From Minisyncoccota bacterium (GTDB taxonomy: Bacteria; Patescibacteriota; Minisyncoccia; Phycocordibacterales; Phycocordibacteraceae), in assembly GCA_041663025.1 (NCBI GenBank), contig JBAZRE010000003.1, positions 2,157-66,156 of the forward strand: a DNA stretch of 64,000 nt, in the 5' to 3' direction. Below the pieces are notes generated by a model. It searched no databases and had not been told where the DNA came from. It saw only the letters and a list, made by a program, of their open reading frames with translations. Positions 28,717 through 39,051 of the stretch are shown here, in pieces; positions within the stretch are counted from its first letter, which is position 1, and each line of letters begins with the position of its first letter. The position numbers and the translations under genes were made by a program.

Positions 28717-29136
28717 ATGGCTAAAGTAGTAAAAAAGATAAAACTTCAGATCCCGGGCGGCAAGGCTACGCCTGCGCCTCCTGTCGGCACTGCGCTTGGG
28801 CCAGCCGGCGTGAACATTGGTCAATTTGTGACCCAGTTTAACGACGCGACCAAGGACAAGATGGGCATCATCATCCCGGTTGAGCTCTCGGTCTTTGATG
28901 ATCGTACCTTCACCTTCATCATGAAGAATCCGCCGGCCTCGCGCCTTATCCTCAAGGCGCTCGGTATCGAGAAGGGCTCGATGAAACCAAAAGAAACTAA
29001 AGTGGGCACACTGACGAAGGCGCAGGTCGCCGAGATTGTCGCGGAGAAGATCCCAGACATGAACGCAAGCTCGCCCGAGGCAGCAGCCCGCACGATCGAG
29101 GGCACAGCACGAAGCATGGGCATTTCAGTAAAATAA
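28717..29136 (+). CDS. rplK: 50S ribosomal protein L11
   Basis: [27 protein letters not shown]. Confidence 0.97.
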   Translation: MAKVVKKIKLQIPGGKATPAPPVGTALGPAGVNIGQFVTQFNDATKDKMGIIIPVELSVFDDRTFTFIMKNPPASRLILKALGIEKGSMKPKETKVGTLTKAQVAEIVAEKIPDMNASSPEAAARTIEGTARSMGISVK

Positions 29137-29209
29137 GGCTAACTTTGTGGAAGTCCGACTTCCACAGAAACAGAAAAGGCGCTTTTGAGGCGCCTTTTTG
29201 TTTGATCAA

Positions 29210-29734
29210 CTAACGCGAATAGGTTTCAAATAACGTTTCATATTCATCATTTGGATTCCACTTGCGCCGGCCAGAGCTTCTTATACTTTTCCATTCCATG
29301 CTCGTTATCGCTGGGAAGTACACGTCGCCACACAGCTCTGGTGCGTAAACGGTGGTGAGGCACAACCTCTTTACGTGTTGCATCGGTAGAAAAAGATTAA
29401 AGATTTCTCCTCCGCCGATTACACAAGCACGTCCCCCATGTTCGGCAACTTTCTCAAGTGCTTTTTGAATCGAGTCAACAAACTGCACTAAGTCGTGATT
29501 GGAACGAACATATCTTCTCGTAAGCACAATATGCTTCCGATCAGGAAGCGGTCTTGCATTACGACGGAGAATTGACTCATACGTCTTACGTCCCATCACC
29601 ACAACTCCCGCTTCTGTGGTGATTTGTTTGAATCGAGCCAAATCGCTTGGCAGCTTCTGCCACGGCAGTTTGCCGTTGTTCCCGATAACCCGCTCTTGTG
29701 TCATCGCTACGATGATAGAAAGATCAATATCCAT
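29210..29734 (-). CDS. folA: Dihydrofolate reductase
   Basis: IIVAM..RVIG..KLPW..DLARFK..T..VMGRKTY..LPDR, IGGGEIF, GDVYFP. Confidence 0.95.
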   Translation of the reverse strand: MDIDLSIIVAMTQERVIGNNGKLPWQKLPSDLARFKQITTEAGVVVMGRKTYESILRRNARPLPDRKHIVLTRRYVRSNHDLVQFVDSIQKALEKVAEHGGRACVIGGGEIFNLFLPMQHVKRLCLTTVYAPELCGDVYFPAITSMEWKSIRSSGRRKWNPNDEYETLFETYSR

Positions 29735-29896
29735 ACAAACCTCCTCTTGTGAATTTATTTTCCTTCTGCACCTTCTCGCACATGCCGCCAAATGTCAAAT
29801 TGGCACCATTTGTTATTTGGCTCGCTTGGTAGTAGAGTCTGCGCCAGACAGTCTGTACAAATAAACCACATAAAACATAGAAAGGGAGGGTGAGAA

Positions 29897-30571
29897 ATGA
29901 CAAAAAAGGTAAAGGAGACACATTCTCTTATGTATCAAGCGGTTGAACCTGATAAGGTTCTGCGGAGAGCGTCGCGGATTATTAAAGGCACGGCTACATT
30001 TGAGGACCGGTTCGTGCCAGAGCACGGGATACTCTTACAACTCATTCAGTCATTACGTTCGATGGGATGTACGATTTGTTTCGTAACTGGGGTGTGGGAC
30101 TTAATTCACATTGGTCACGCCGAGTACATCGCACGTGGGAAAAAAGAGGCCATCAAACTCTATCCAGAGACCGATCATATGATTATGGTCGTCGGGGTAG
30201 ACACTGATGAGTTTACCAAGCTGCGAAAGGGTCCGGATCGGCCAGTTGTCCCACAAGACGAACGTCTGAGGATGCTCGGACACCTACGGGCGGTTGATAT
30301 TCTCACGTTGCAATACGAAGAAGATCAACTCTTCCAGATTGTCGCTCATGACGTACGAATCATCTCAGAATCCACCAAAGATCTCCCGGCACTCGAGAAG
30401 ATACAAAAACAATGCGCACACATTGTGAATCTTCCGCCACAGGCGGAGACGAGCACAACGGCGCGTATCCGGCGACTTTCTTTTGATGGCGCCGCAAACG
30501 TTCTCTTGAAGGCCGAGAAGGCACTCTTAACTGCTCTGAAGGAGGTGCGAGATGAAATCGAGAAACAGTGA
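29897..30571 (+). CDS. Cytidylyltransferase-like (HxGH) nucleotidyltransferase
   Basis: TGVWDLIHIGH, KGPDRP, STTARI. Confidence 0.85.
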   Translation: MTKKVKETHSLMYQAVEPDKVLRRASRIIKGTATFEDRFVPEHGILLQLIQSLRSMGCTICFVTGVWDLIHIGHAEYIARGKKEAIKLYPETDHMIMVVGVDTDEFTKLRKGPDRPVVPQDERLRMLGHLRAVDILTLQYEEDQLFQIVAHDVRIISESTKDLPALEKIQKQCAHIVNLPPQAETSTTARIRRLSFDGAANVLLKAEKALLTALKEVRDEIEKQ

Positions 30572-31400
30572 TGTTGTATTAGTCGCGTATGTACCGGTGC
30601 CGCACGCGGGGTATCTGAAGTTCTTCAGAGCATACAAGGGAAGTACGTTGTATGTTCTTGGAGACGAGTTCATTCAGCAGTTTCAACCTCTCGTTCGGAA
30701 CTTGCCGGCCGTAACGCCAGAAGAAGTGCGGAAGATGATTGTGCCACTCGATATCTTTGAGAGCATTCGCATTCTTACCCCAAGAAGCATCAGTGTCGTG
30801 CAGCAATCAAATGTTGTTGTTATGCCTGATGAAGATGTATCACATGCTATGGCAGAGAAATATCTCTCTGGCGTATCGGTCACCTTTGACGGTAGTTGGC
30901 GGCTTCGCTGGGACTGGGGCTCGACACAGGCGAAGCGGCGACCTGAAGGTGAACGTGTGGTTTCGAAAGAAATCATCGACCACTACTTCATGCGAACCTC
31001 TTTTGCTCTCGCAGAAAAAAGCCCTGACTGGTGGCGACAGATAGGTTCGCTGCTTGTACGAGATGGGAGAACCCTCCTTTCTGCCTTCAATCAACATGTG
31101 CCAAGCGAGCAGAGCTGTTACTGCTACGGTGATCCTCGCAGCAACTTCGAACCGGGACAATGCATAGATGCTTCGTGTGCATTACATGCTGAAACGGGAA
31201 TTATTGCCGAAGCGGCACGTCGTGGCGTCGCCATGGAGGGGTGCGACCTGTACGTCACTACTTTCCCTTGTCCGCCCTGCGCATATGCCTGTGCACGTAC
31301 CGGCATCAAGCGACTCTTCTATGCCGACGGATATGCATTAATCTCTGGAGCTGAAGAGCTTGAGGCGAGAGGTGTGAAGATTATTCGTGTGGAGATGTAG
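30552..31400 (+). CDS. dCMP deaminase-like protein with extra N-terminal domain
   Basis: HAE...YVTTFPCPPCA zinc-deaminase motif. Confidence 0.88.
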   Translation: MKSRNSDVVLVAYVPVPHAGYLKFFRAYKGSTLYVLGDEFIQQFQPLVRNLPAVTPEEVRKMIVPLDIFESIRILTPRSISVVQQSNVVVMPDEDVSHAMAEKYLSGVSVTFDGSWRLRWDWGSTQAKRRPEGERVVSKEIIDHYFMRTSFALAEKSPDWWRQIGSLLVRDGRTLLSAFNQHVPSEQSCYCYGDPRSNFEPGQCIDASCALHAETGIIAEAARRGVAMEGCDLYVTTFPCPPCAYACARTGIKRLFYADGYALISGAEELEARGVKIIRVEM

Positions 31401-31415
31401 TTCTGTAAGTATAAG

Positions 31416-31445
31416 AAAACCCCCAGTCCTAGGACTGGGGGTTTT
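31416..31445. terminator. Perfect 30-bp palindrome between convergent genes (bidirectional terminator)
   Basis: AAAACCCCCAGTCCT|AGGACTGGGGGTTTT. Confidence 0.85.
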
Positions 31446-31448
31446 GTG

Positions 31449-31907
31449 TCACTTCTCAAATCCAACAAGTGCTTTGATCGGTTTTGAATGTGCTGTTCGC
31501 GGGCCGCCAACAACGAGATGTGCGTGCAGATGGATCACTGATGCTCCGGTTATACCCATAATGCCAGATCGAATAAAGAATGTTCCGCCTTGAATAACAT
31601 ATTCTTCCACAAATTTTCGATGAAGGTCCTTGAGATCAAGCCATTCTGTAGCAGACATTTCTTCTATTCTTTCAATATGTCGCCGTGCTATGAATAGAAT
31701 GTGAAATTCTGTTCCTTCGTATGGCCACGAATTTCTTGTGACGAGCCAGTGCTTGGATTTATACAACAATGGCCTGCGGTGATGATAATCAAGGTTTTCC
31801 TCGCAAAAAGGACAGAACCCTTTTGCGATAATCATCTCGAGAGTTTGAACATAATCATCGCGTGACACAACTTGTGCATTTCCTACATCAACTTGTTTTT
31901 TCTCCAC
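31449..31907 (-). CDS. HIT family nucleotide hydrolase
   Basis: CPFC, N.WPY, HLHAHL. Confidence 0.88.
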   Translation of the reverse strand: MEKKQVDVGNAQVVSRDDYVQTLEMIIAKGFCPFCEENLDYHHRRPLLYKSKHWLVTRNSWPYEGTEFHILFIARRHIERIEEMSATEWLDLKDLHRKFVEEYVIQGGTFFIRSGIMGITGASVIHLHAHLVVGGPRTAHSKPIKALVGFEK

Positions 31908-31921
31908 GTTCTCCTCCTTTC

Positions 31922-32827
31922 TTACGGGCTGTAGGGAATCTTCATTGCCGGATGCGGATGATACTCTTCGAGCTCAAAGTGTTCGACTCTGAAGTCAAAG
32001 AGATTGTGCACCATAGGGTCGAGTCTCAAGATGGGGAAGGCGTGAGCCTTCCGTTCGATGAGTCTGTGTACACTCTCAATCTGGTTTTCGTAGATGTGTG
32101 CATTGCCGATGAATCCATGCACATAGTTCCCTGGAGGGAAACCGGTTACCTGACTCATCATTAGTAACAATGCTGCATACTGAATCATATTTGAAGGTAC
32201 TCCGACGGGAAAGTCTGCCGAACGCTGATTCATGAGCATATCCAACCTTCCGTTCATGACACCGAAATGTAGCCATCCGTGACAAGGCGCTACTATAACC
32301 TTCCGATTCGGACCACGTGCCGTGTAGTAGGGCTTCCATGGTGTTACGAGATGTGTGCGCATTGTCGGATAAAGCCGGATTTGTTCGAGCACCTGCTTAA
32401 ACTGGTCCAGTGTCTGACGGCTATTCAGGGTTTTGTAGAACGGCGTCTCGAAGTCGTGGAATGCCGGACCATACGAACCCGGACCCATATCATCAGGATC
32501 GAGACCAAGCGTTGCTCCTTTACCACGGTAATCTTCCCAGAAATCGCACCCATAGGCTGCAATTTCATCGAGAGTTCTTGCCCCATTGATGAAAGCGATA
32601 ATCTCTCCAACAGCTTTCCTCCAGAAGCCGTTTGCACTGCGCTCAGTGATGAGCGGCACGCCGTTTGTTAGGTCAAAGACCATTTGCGGCAGGGTGCCGA
32701 AGCAGGTAAGAGCCCCGACTCCTTGTGGCGTTTCCTTCACCATCTCTCCGTGTTCGAGAATGTGCCGAAGCCTATCTCGATATTGTGTGTCCGGTGTCCG
32801 TCTTTCGAGCGGTTTATACGTTTCCAT
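31922..32827 (-). CDS. thyA: Thymidylate synthase ThyA (divergent)
   Basis: PCH, QRSAD..GVP.N..YA, HIYENQ; ATG at 32827 with GAGGAGG RBS. Confidence 0.92.
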   Translation of the reverse strand: METYKPLERRTPDTQYRDRLRHILEHGEMVKETPQGVGALTCFGTLPQMVFDLTNGVPLITERSANGFWRKAVGEIIAFINGARTLDEIAAYGCDFWEDYRGKGATLGLDPDDMGPGSYGPAFHDFETPFYKTLNSRQTLDQFKQVLEQIRLYPTMRTHLVTPWKPYYTARGPNRKVIVAPCHGWLHFGVMNGRLDMLMNQRSADFPVGVPSNMIQYAALLLMMSQVTGFPPGNYVHGFIGNAHIYENQIESVHRLIERKAHAFPILRLDPMVHNLFDFRVEHFELEEYHPHPAMKIPYSP

Positions 32828-32938
32828 ATAATGCCTCCTCTCTATCGTTGTGTGTTTGTTAAGAACAGTATTGTCCTGCCGCATCCTACCGAACGTACGC
32901 AAATAGTCAAACGCGCCAGATATCGCTATACTCACTCT

Positions 32939-34597
32939 ATGGAAGAGCGAATCAAAAAAGCAGTTGGCGAGGCACTCATGAAGATGGGTGCTGGCGAGGT
33001 CGCGTTTGTGGTCGAACGGCCTGCAGACATGCGGCACGGCGACTACACGACCAATGCCGCGATGGCGGCAGCAAAGAAGCTGGGGAAGAACTCGCGCGAG
33101 CTTGCTGATGAGCTTGCGCGAGTATTGATCGATGAACTGGACAAAGACACCGCGAGCTATGTTGCCGTTGCGGGGCCAGGATTTGTGAACATCACTCTCG
33201 CACCAGAAGCGATTGCACTTGCTGTTGCCGAGGCGGATGCAAAAAAAGAAGAGTGGGGTATGGGTAGCGTGAATAGTGAGCAAAGAGTGCTGATTGAATA
33301 CACTGACCCGAATCCGTTTAAAGAGATGCACATCGGGCACTTGATGAGCAATGTAATTGGCGAGTCGCTCGCGCGACTTATCGAGAATGAGAATGCAACA
33401 GTCATTCGTGCCAATTATCAAGGCGACGTCGGGCCGCACGTCGCTAAGGCGCTTTGGGGCTTGCAGAGGGCGGGCACGAGCGAGCCGGTAACCGCAAAAG
33501 AAATCGGCACCGCCTATGCCGCAGGATCGCTCGCATATGAAGACTCGCCTGAAGCAAAAGCAGAAGTTGATGCATTAAATCAAGAAATCTATGCAGGTAA
33601 GAATCATGAGCTGATGGAGCTCTGGCGCAAGGGTCGTGACGTGTCGCTCGAGGCGTTTGAACAACTCTACAAAATATTAGGGACGCATTTTGATTACTAT
33701 TTCTACGAGAGTGAAACAGCGGATCCAGGATTGCGTATCGTGCATGATGGTATCAAACAGGGAGTTTTTGAAGAAAGCGAGGGCGCGATTATTTATCGCG
33801 GCGAAAAGAAAGGATTGCACACGCTTGTTTTCATCACAAGCAAAGGCACACCAACGTATGAGGCAAAGGATATTGGTCTCGCTTTTTTGAAAGAGGAACG
33901 GGTGCAGAGCGACCGTTCGATTATCGTGACCGCATCAGAACAGATTGGGCATTTTAAGGTATTTCTTGCGGCGCTTAATGAAATCGCGCATCTCATTGCA
34001 AAGAAAACAGTGCATGTGCCGCATGGATTCTTGCGGCTCACAACAGGGAAGATGTCTTCGCGCGAAGGTAATGTCATCACGGCGGAATCGCTCATAAAAG
34101 ACATTATCAAGAAGGCAAGCGAGAAGAATGCGGATCCGCTTATCGCCGAGCAGGTCGCGCTCGGCGCGATTAAATACATGATTCTGCGACAAGCGCCGGG
34201 CTCGGACATCATTTTTGATCCGGAGAAGTCACTCTCGCTTGAGGGTGACTCTGGGCCGTATCTGCAGTATGCACTAGTCCGAGCACGTTCCGTGCTCGAG
34301 AAAGCACGAAGCACGAAGCACGAAGCACGAAACGAAAAACCAGAAATGCCGTACCGATTAGAGCGCCTGGTCGTGCATTTCCCTGAAGTTACTGCGCGTG
34401 CAGCGAGCGAGCTCGCGCCAAACTTGCTGGTGAACTATCTCACCGAGCTCGCGGGAGAGTGGAACTCATTTTATGCACAAGAAAAAATCATTGGCGGCGA
34501 GAATGAAGCACATAAACTTATGATTGCGCGTGCATTCATCAACACAATGACCAGAGGTCTAGCTCTCCTGGGTATCCCCACACCAGAGAGGATGTAA
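32939..34597 (+). CDS. argS: Arginine--tRNA ligase
   Basis: GDYTTN, GPGFVN, PNPFKEMHIGH, KMSSR.G, GPYLQY, LLGI..PERM. Confidence 0.96.
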   Translation: MEERIKKAVGEALMKMGAGEVAFVVERPADMRHGDYTTNAAMAAAKKLGKNSRELADELARVLIDELDKDTASYVAVAGPGFVNITLAPEAIALAVAEADAKKEEWGMGSVNSEQRVLIEYTDPNPFKEMHIGHLMSNVIGESLARLIENENATVIRANYQGDVGPHVAKALWGLQRAGTSEPVTAKEIGTAYAAGSLAYEDSPEAKAEVDALNQEIYAGKNHELMELWRKGRDVSLEAFEQLYKILGTHFDYYFYESETADPGLRIVHDGIKQGVFEESEGAIIYRGEKKGLHTLVFITSKGTPTYEAKDIGLAFLKEERVQSDRSIIVTASEQIGHFKVFLAALNEIAHLIAKKTVHVPHGFLRLTTGKMSSREGNVITAESLIKDIIKKASEKNADPLIAEQVALGAIKYMILRQAPGSDIIFDPEKSLSLEGDSGPYLQYALVRARSVLEKARSTKHEARNEKPEMPYRLERLVVHFPEVTARAASELAPNLLVNYLTELAGEWNSFYAQEKIIGGENEAHKLMIARAFINTMTRGLALLGIPTPERM

Positions 34598-34697
34598 GTT
34601 TGGTAGTGAACATTGCGTGAAGTTTTTTGCGTGCTATATTCTCAATCGGACTGCACAGTTCCATAAACCCTTAAATCCAGACAAGGAGGAGGAAGGT

Positions 34698-35024
34698 ATG
34701 ACAAAAAGAGAAAAGAATTCCCTTCACACGGTTAAACAAGCGATAAAGAAAATCGGTTGTACCCCACAGGAATTTTTTGAGCGTGCGGTGGCTGAAAAGA
34801 CCACTCCGCGCAACTTCAGTCTCAGTACCGAGGTGGAGAACTTTTTTCGTTTGGAAAGGGGAAAGGGAATAAAAATTCCGCACGAAATCCCGAGAGTTAT
34901 CGTCGCCCATGCTGAGGAGATAAATCTACAAAAGGACTACAGTGCAAGATTTAGTCACCTTCATCCGAGCATAATAATGGCTCGAGTTTCGTCAGGCAGA
35001 GTAACGTCTGGTATTTCGGCATAA
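34698..35024 (+). CDS. Hypothetical protein
   Basis: AAGGAGGAGG RBS; hairpin follows at ~35051-35075. Confidence 0.5.
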   Translation: MTKREKNSLHTVKQAIKKIGCTPQEFFERAVAEKTTPRNFSLSTEVENFFRLERGKGIKIPHEIPRVIVAHAEEINLQKDYSARFSHLHPSIIMARVSSGRVTSGISA

Positions 35025-35113
35025 TTCCGAAAACAAAAAGATTCGATTTAGTGGCCGCAAAAGTAATTGCGGCCATTTTCATTTTTGCCCAATCAACGCT
35101 AGGATAAACGATT

Positions 35114-38100
35114 ATGGCTGACACCACCTTGAAGTCAGAGGTCGCGAAGCGCGAAGAGGCGATTCTCGCCTTTTGGGAGCGCGAGCACATCTTCGAGAAG
35201 TCACTCGCCAAGGACGCCCCCAAAGGCGATTTCATATTTTATGAAGGGCCACCGACTGCCAATGGCAAACCAGGCATTCACCACCTCGAGGCGCGCGCTT
35301 TCAAAGACGCGATTCCGCGCTACAAGACAATGCGTGGGTATCGTGTAAATCGCCGTGCTGGTTGGGACACGCACGGTCTCCCTGTTGAGTTGCAAGTCGA
35401 AAAAGAGCTTGGCTTCTCGGGGAAGCCGGACATAGAGAAATACGGCATCGCCGCATTCAACAAAAAATGTCGAGAGAGTGTTTTCACATATATCGATCTT
35501 TGGGCAAAATTTACCAAACGTATTGGCTATTGGGTCGATGAGACAAAAGCATATTTCACCTTCGATAGCGCGTATATGGAGGTGCTCTGGTACCTCTTCG
35601 CGCAGACGGCGAAGGACGGCCGGCTCTATAAAGACTACAAGGTGGTGCCTTGGTGTCCGCGCTGCGGCACAGCACTCTCTTCGCACGAGCTCGCGCAGGG
35701 CTATGAAGATGTAAAAGATCTCACCATCACGGCGAAGTTTGAATTAGTTAATGAACCGGGGACTTTTCTTCTTGCATGGACGACAACACCATGGACACTT
35801 CCTGGTAACGTTGCTCTCGCGATCGGTGGAAATATTGCATATGGTAAGTACGAGAGAGACGGAGTACTCGTTATTCTTGCAGACACACGGGCAGCAGAGG
35901 TGCTTGGGGAAGAATGGAGACGTGTCGAAGGAGTTTCGGCATCGTTACTGGTCGGCAAAACATATAAGCCGCTTTACGATTTTGCAAAAAATCTTGCAGC
36001 AGAAAGTGAAAAGCCAAAATTTCAAAAGGCATTTCAAGTATATGCGGCAGACTTCGTCACCACTGAAGAGGGTACAGGCATCGTGCATACCGCGGTGATG
36101 TATGGACAAGAAGATTTTGAATTAGGAAATAAAATTGGTTTGCCGAAGGTTCACCTCGTGAATCCAGAAGGAAAGTTTATTGAAGGGACAGAGCTTCTCT
36201 CTGGGGTGTCGGTTGTGGAAGAAGAAACATCAGTTGAGATACTCAAAGACCTACAGGCACGCGGTCTTCTTTTCAAAAAAGAGCCATACACGCACTCATA
36301 TCCATTTTGTTGGCGCTGCAAGACGCGACTCATCTATTATGCGCGCGATTCGTGGTATATCCGTATGGATGATTTACGCGAGAAGCTTGTTGCGGAGAAT
36401 AAGAAAATTAATTGGGAACCAAAATATATCCGCGATGGGCGCATGGGTGAGTGGCTTGCGAATGCTAAAGATTGGGCGATAAGCCGTGAGCGCTATTGGG
36501 GTACACCGCTCCCGATCTGGCGCAGCGCTGACGGGAGTGAACAGGTAGTCGTTGATTCGATTGACATGCTGAAGAAGCACATCAAAAAATCTGGTAACAC
36601 CTATTTCGTCATGCGTCATGGCGAATGCGAAAGTAATGTTCAGAAGATTTTTGATGTGAATAGCCGGACAACTAATGGTCTGACTGAAAAAGGGAAGAGT
36701 GAGGCGGAAGCGAGCGGAAAAGATATTGTGGCGAAGGGTATCACCAAGATATATGCGTCACCACTCTTGCGAACGCGCGAAACGGCAGAGATCGTTGCTG
36801 AAAAAGTCGGTATCTCGAAAGACGACATTGTGTACGACGAGCGACTGCACGAGCTTAACGTTGGAGCGTTTGACGGCACGGCTGCGATAGAAGATTTCTG
36901 CGAATTTAGACGCGTGCACGGCATCACAGAACCAATCGAAGGAGGGGAGAGTTATCTTGATGCCATACGGCGTTTCGGCTCATTCCTATATGAAATTGAA
37001 GAGACCCTTCATGATGAACGAGTGCTGATTGTTTCGCATGGCGTCTCGTGGAAAGCATTCATTGCGATCGTCGAGGGTCTCGGACAAAAGGAGGCATGGG
37101 AGGGTGTCCTCTCGAAAGAAACCAAACTGAAAAAAGCAGAATTTCGCGAAATACCTTTCATCTCGTTACCCCATAATGAGAACTATGAACTCGATCTCCA
37201 TCGACCATACATTGACGATGTCGTACTTGTTTCTGAGAATGGCACGGAATTACGGAGAACGTCTGAAGTGATGGACGTGTGGTTTGACTCGGGTGCGATG
37301 CCATTTGCGCAGGCGGCCAAAGAGTGTGAGTGTGAATCAGTTGAAGCTTTCCTAAAGAAGATAGAATATCCAGCAGACTTTATTTGTGAAGCGATCGATC
37401 AAACGCGCGGTTGGTTTTATACGCTTCTTGCGGTCGGAACACTTGCAGGGCGTGGTGCTGCTTTTAAGAACGTCATCTCACTCGGACACCTACTTGATGC
37501 TGAAGGTCAGAAGATGAGTAAGTCAAAAGGGAACGTGGTTGATCCGTGGGTTGAAATTGATAGATGGGGTGTCGATGCAGTGCGCTTCTGGATGTACAGC
37601 GTGACACAGGCGGGCGACACAAAAAATTATGATGAGAAGACAATGCGCGAAGCCGCGAGAGTTCTTTCTTGGATAGAGAACAGCGCAAAGTTTTATGAAT
37701 TATTTAAAGATACTCCTAAGAACAAAACTGAATCGACCGTGATTGATCGTTGGATGCAAGCACGAGTAGATCAGGCGGTCTCAATTGTCACGAACTCTAT
37801 GGATGTCTACCGACCATACGACGCAACACGCGCAATTGCTAATCTCGCTGAGGATCTTTCACAGTGGTATGTGCGCCGCATTCGCGATCGTGTGCGCGAG
37901 GGTGATAGTGCCGCGCTCGCAACACTACGCGACACGCTTCAAGTTTCAGTACTACTTCTCGCACCATTCGCACCATTTATTGCCGAGGATATATATAAGA
38001 AAATGAAGAGCGATAGTGACCCAGAGAGCGTGCATCTCGCTGATTGGCCAAAGATAAAAAAACACTGGAATCTTTTCAGCAGTCCAGAAAAGCTCATTTC

Positions 38101-38479
38101 AGACATGCAAAAAGTACGTGCACTCGCCTCAGAGGCACTCATGCTACGACAAAAAGCTGGGATTAAAGTGCGCCAGCCGCTTGCGAGCCTGACTATCCCA
38201 GACACTCTGACAGATGAACTTTCCGCGATTCTAGCAGAAGAAGTAAATGTGAAAAAAATAATTGTCGGCAAAGAGCTCGCGCTCGACACAAACCTCACAC
38301 CAGAACTTATCAAAGAGGGCGATGAACGCGAGATGGCTCGCGCAGTCGCTGAAGCGCGTAAGACAGAAGGGTTTTCTCAAAAAGATAATGTGCACGAAGA
38401 AGCCAATGCAGAAGGGAAATACACCGTTCTCTTATCAACTGGCGAAGTGCGATTCAACCTGATTCGCAATGCATCATAA
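35114..38479 (+). CDS. ileS: Isoleucine--tRNA ligase (type 2) with inserted histidine-phosphatase domain
   Basis: [40 protein letters not shown]; RHGE...SHG insert. Confidence 0.95.
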   Translation: MADTTLKSEVAKREEAILAFWEREHIFEKSLAKDAPKGDFIFYEGPPTANGKPGIHHLEARAFKDAIPRYKTMRGYRVNRRAGWDTHGLPVELQVEKELGFSGKPDIEKYGIAAFNKKCRESVFTYIDLWAKFTKRIGYWVDETKAYFTFDSAYMEVLWYLFAQTAKDGRLYKDYKVVPWCPRCGTALSSHELAQGYEDVKDLTITAKFELVNEPGTFLLAWTTTPWTLPGNVALAIGGNIAYGKYERDGVLVILADTRAAEVLGEEWRRVEGVSASLLVGKTYKPLYDFAKNLAAESEKPKFQKAFQVYAADFVTTEEGTGIVHTAVMYGQEDFELGNKIGLPKVHLVNPEGKFIEGTELLSGVSVVEEETSVEILKDLQARGLLFKKEPYTHSYPFCWRCKTRLIYYARDSWYIRMDDLREKLVAENKKINWEPKYIRDGRMGEWLANAKDWAISRERYWGTPLPIWRSADGSEQVVVDSIDMLKKHIKKSGNTYFVMRHGECESNVQKIFDVNSRTTNGLTEKGKSEAEASGKDIVAKGITKIYASPLLRTRETAEIVAEKVGISKDDIVYDERLHELNVGAFDGTAAIEDFCEFRRVHGITEPIEGGESYLDAIRRFGSFLYEIEETLHDERVLIVSHGVSWKAFIAIVEGLGQKEAWEGVLSKETKLKKAEFREIPFISLPHNENYELDLHRPYIDDVVLVSENGTELRRTSEVMDVWFDSGAMPFAQAAKECECESVEAFLKKIEYPADFICEAIDQTRGWFYTLLAVGTLAGRGAAFKNVISLGHLLDAEGQKMSKSKGNVVDPWVEIDRWGVDAVRFWMYSVTQAGDTKNYDEKTMREAARVLSWIENSAKFYELFKDTPKNKTESTVIDRWMQARVDQAVSIVTNSMDVYRPYDATRAIANLAEDLSQWYVRRIRDRVREGDSAALATLRDTLQVSVLLLAPFAPFIAEDIYKKMKSDSDPESVHLADWPKIKKHWNLFSSPEKLISDMQKVRALASEALMLRQKAGIKVRQPLASLTIPDTLTDELSAILAEEVNVKKIIVGKELALDTNLTPELIKEGDEREMARAVAEARKTEGFSQKDNVHEEANAEGKYTVLLSTGEVRFNLIRNAS

Positions 38480-39038
38480 ATACGAAACACGCGGTATTGT
38501 GCTCTCACGCACACCTATGGGAGAAGCGAATGCGCTGGTCACCGTGCTCACGCCAGAAGTAGGGCTTGTGCGGGCTCGTGCACAAGGGGTGCGTCGGATG
38601 GGTGCCAAGCTTGCGGCTGCTCTCGCAACGTTTGCTGAGAGCGAATTGGTGCTGGTGCGCGGGAAGGAGAGCTGGCGTATCGCAGGTGCGGTGCTTTATG
38701 AAAATTGGTTTTCGCGAATGAACTGCACTTCAGCACGATTGAGGGCAGCACGTGTTTCTGGTCTCCTCTTGCGACTCGTAGCTGGCGAATCAAATGATGA
38801 AAAACTTTTTTCTATTCTTACTGGATTTTTTGCCGCTCTCGCGACTTTTCCTGAAGAGCTTCATGAGGCTGCCGAAACGCTCGCAGTGCTCCGCATTCTC
38901 TCTATACTCGGGCTCGACACCGGAAGTATTCCCGGAGACGAGATCCTCTTTGCACAATCAACACTTGCTGCCGTTAAGAACGATCGTGTGAAGTACCTGA
39001 CGCGCATTAATCACGGTATTGAAGCCTCAGGTCTTTGA
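38469..39038 (+). CDS. recO: DNA repair protein RecO (short form)
   Basis: GIVL....GEAN..V..LT...G.V.A.AQGVR...KL. Confidence 0.85.
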   Translation: MHHKYETRGIVLSRTPMGEANALVTVLTPEVGLVRARAQGVRRMGAKLAAALATFAESELVLVRGKESWRIAGAVLYENWFSRMNCTSARLRAARVSGLLLRLVAGESNDEKLFSILTGFFAALATFPEELHEAAETLAVLRILSILGLDTGSIPGDEILFAQSTLAAVKNDRVKYLTRINHGIEASGL

Positions 39039-39051
39039 TATACTACATTCC

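Noticed and set aside
31922-33439. 505-aa thyA and 637-aa argS ORFs with long overlapping N-termini
   Set aside because: Recognisable starts are at 32827 (with RBS) and 32939; the extensions are antisense read-through.
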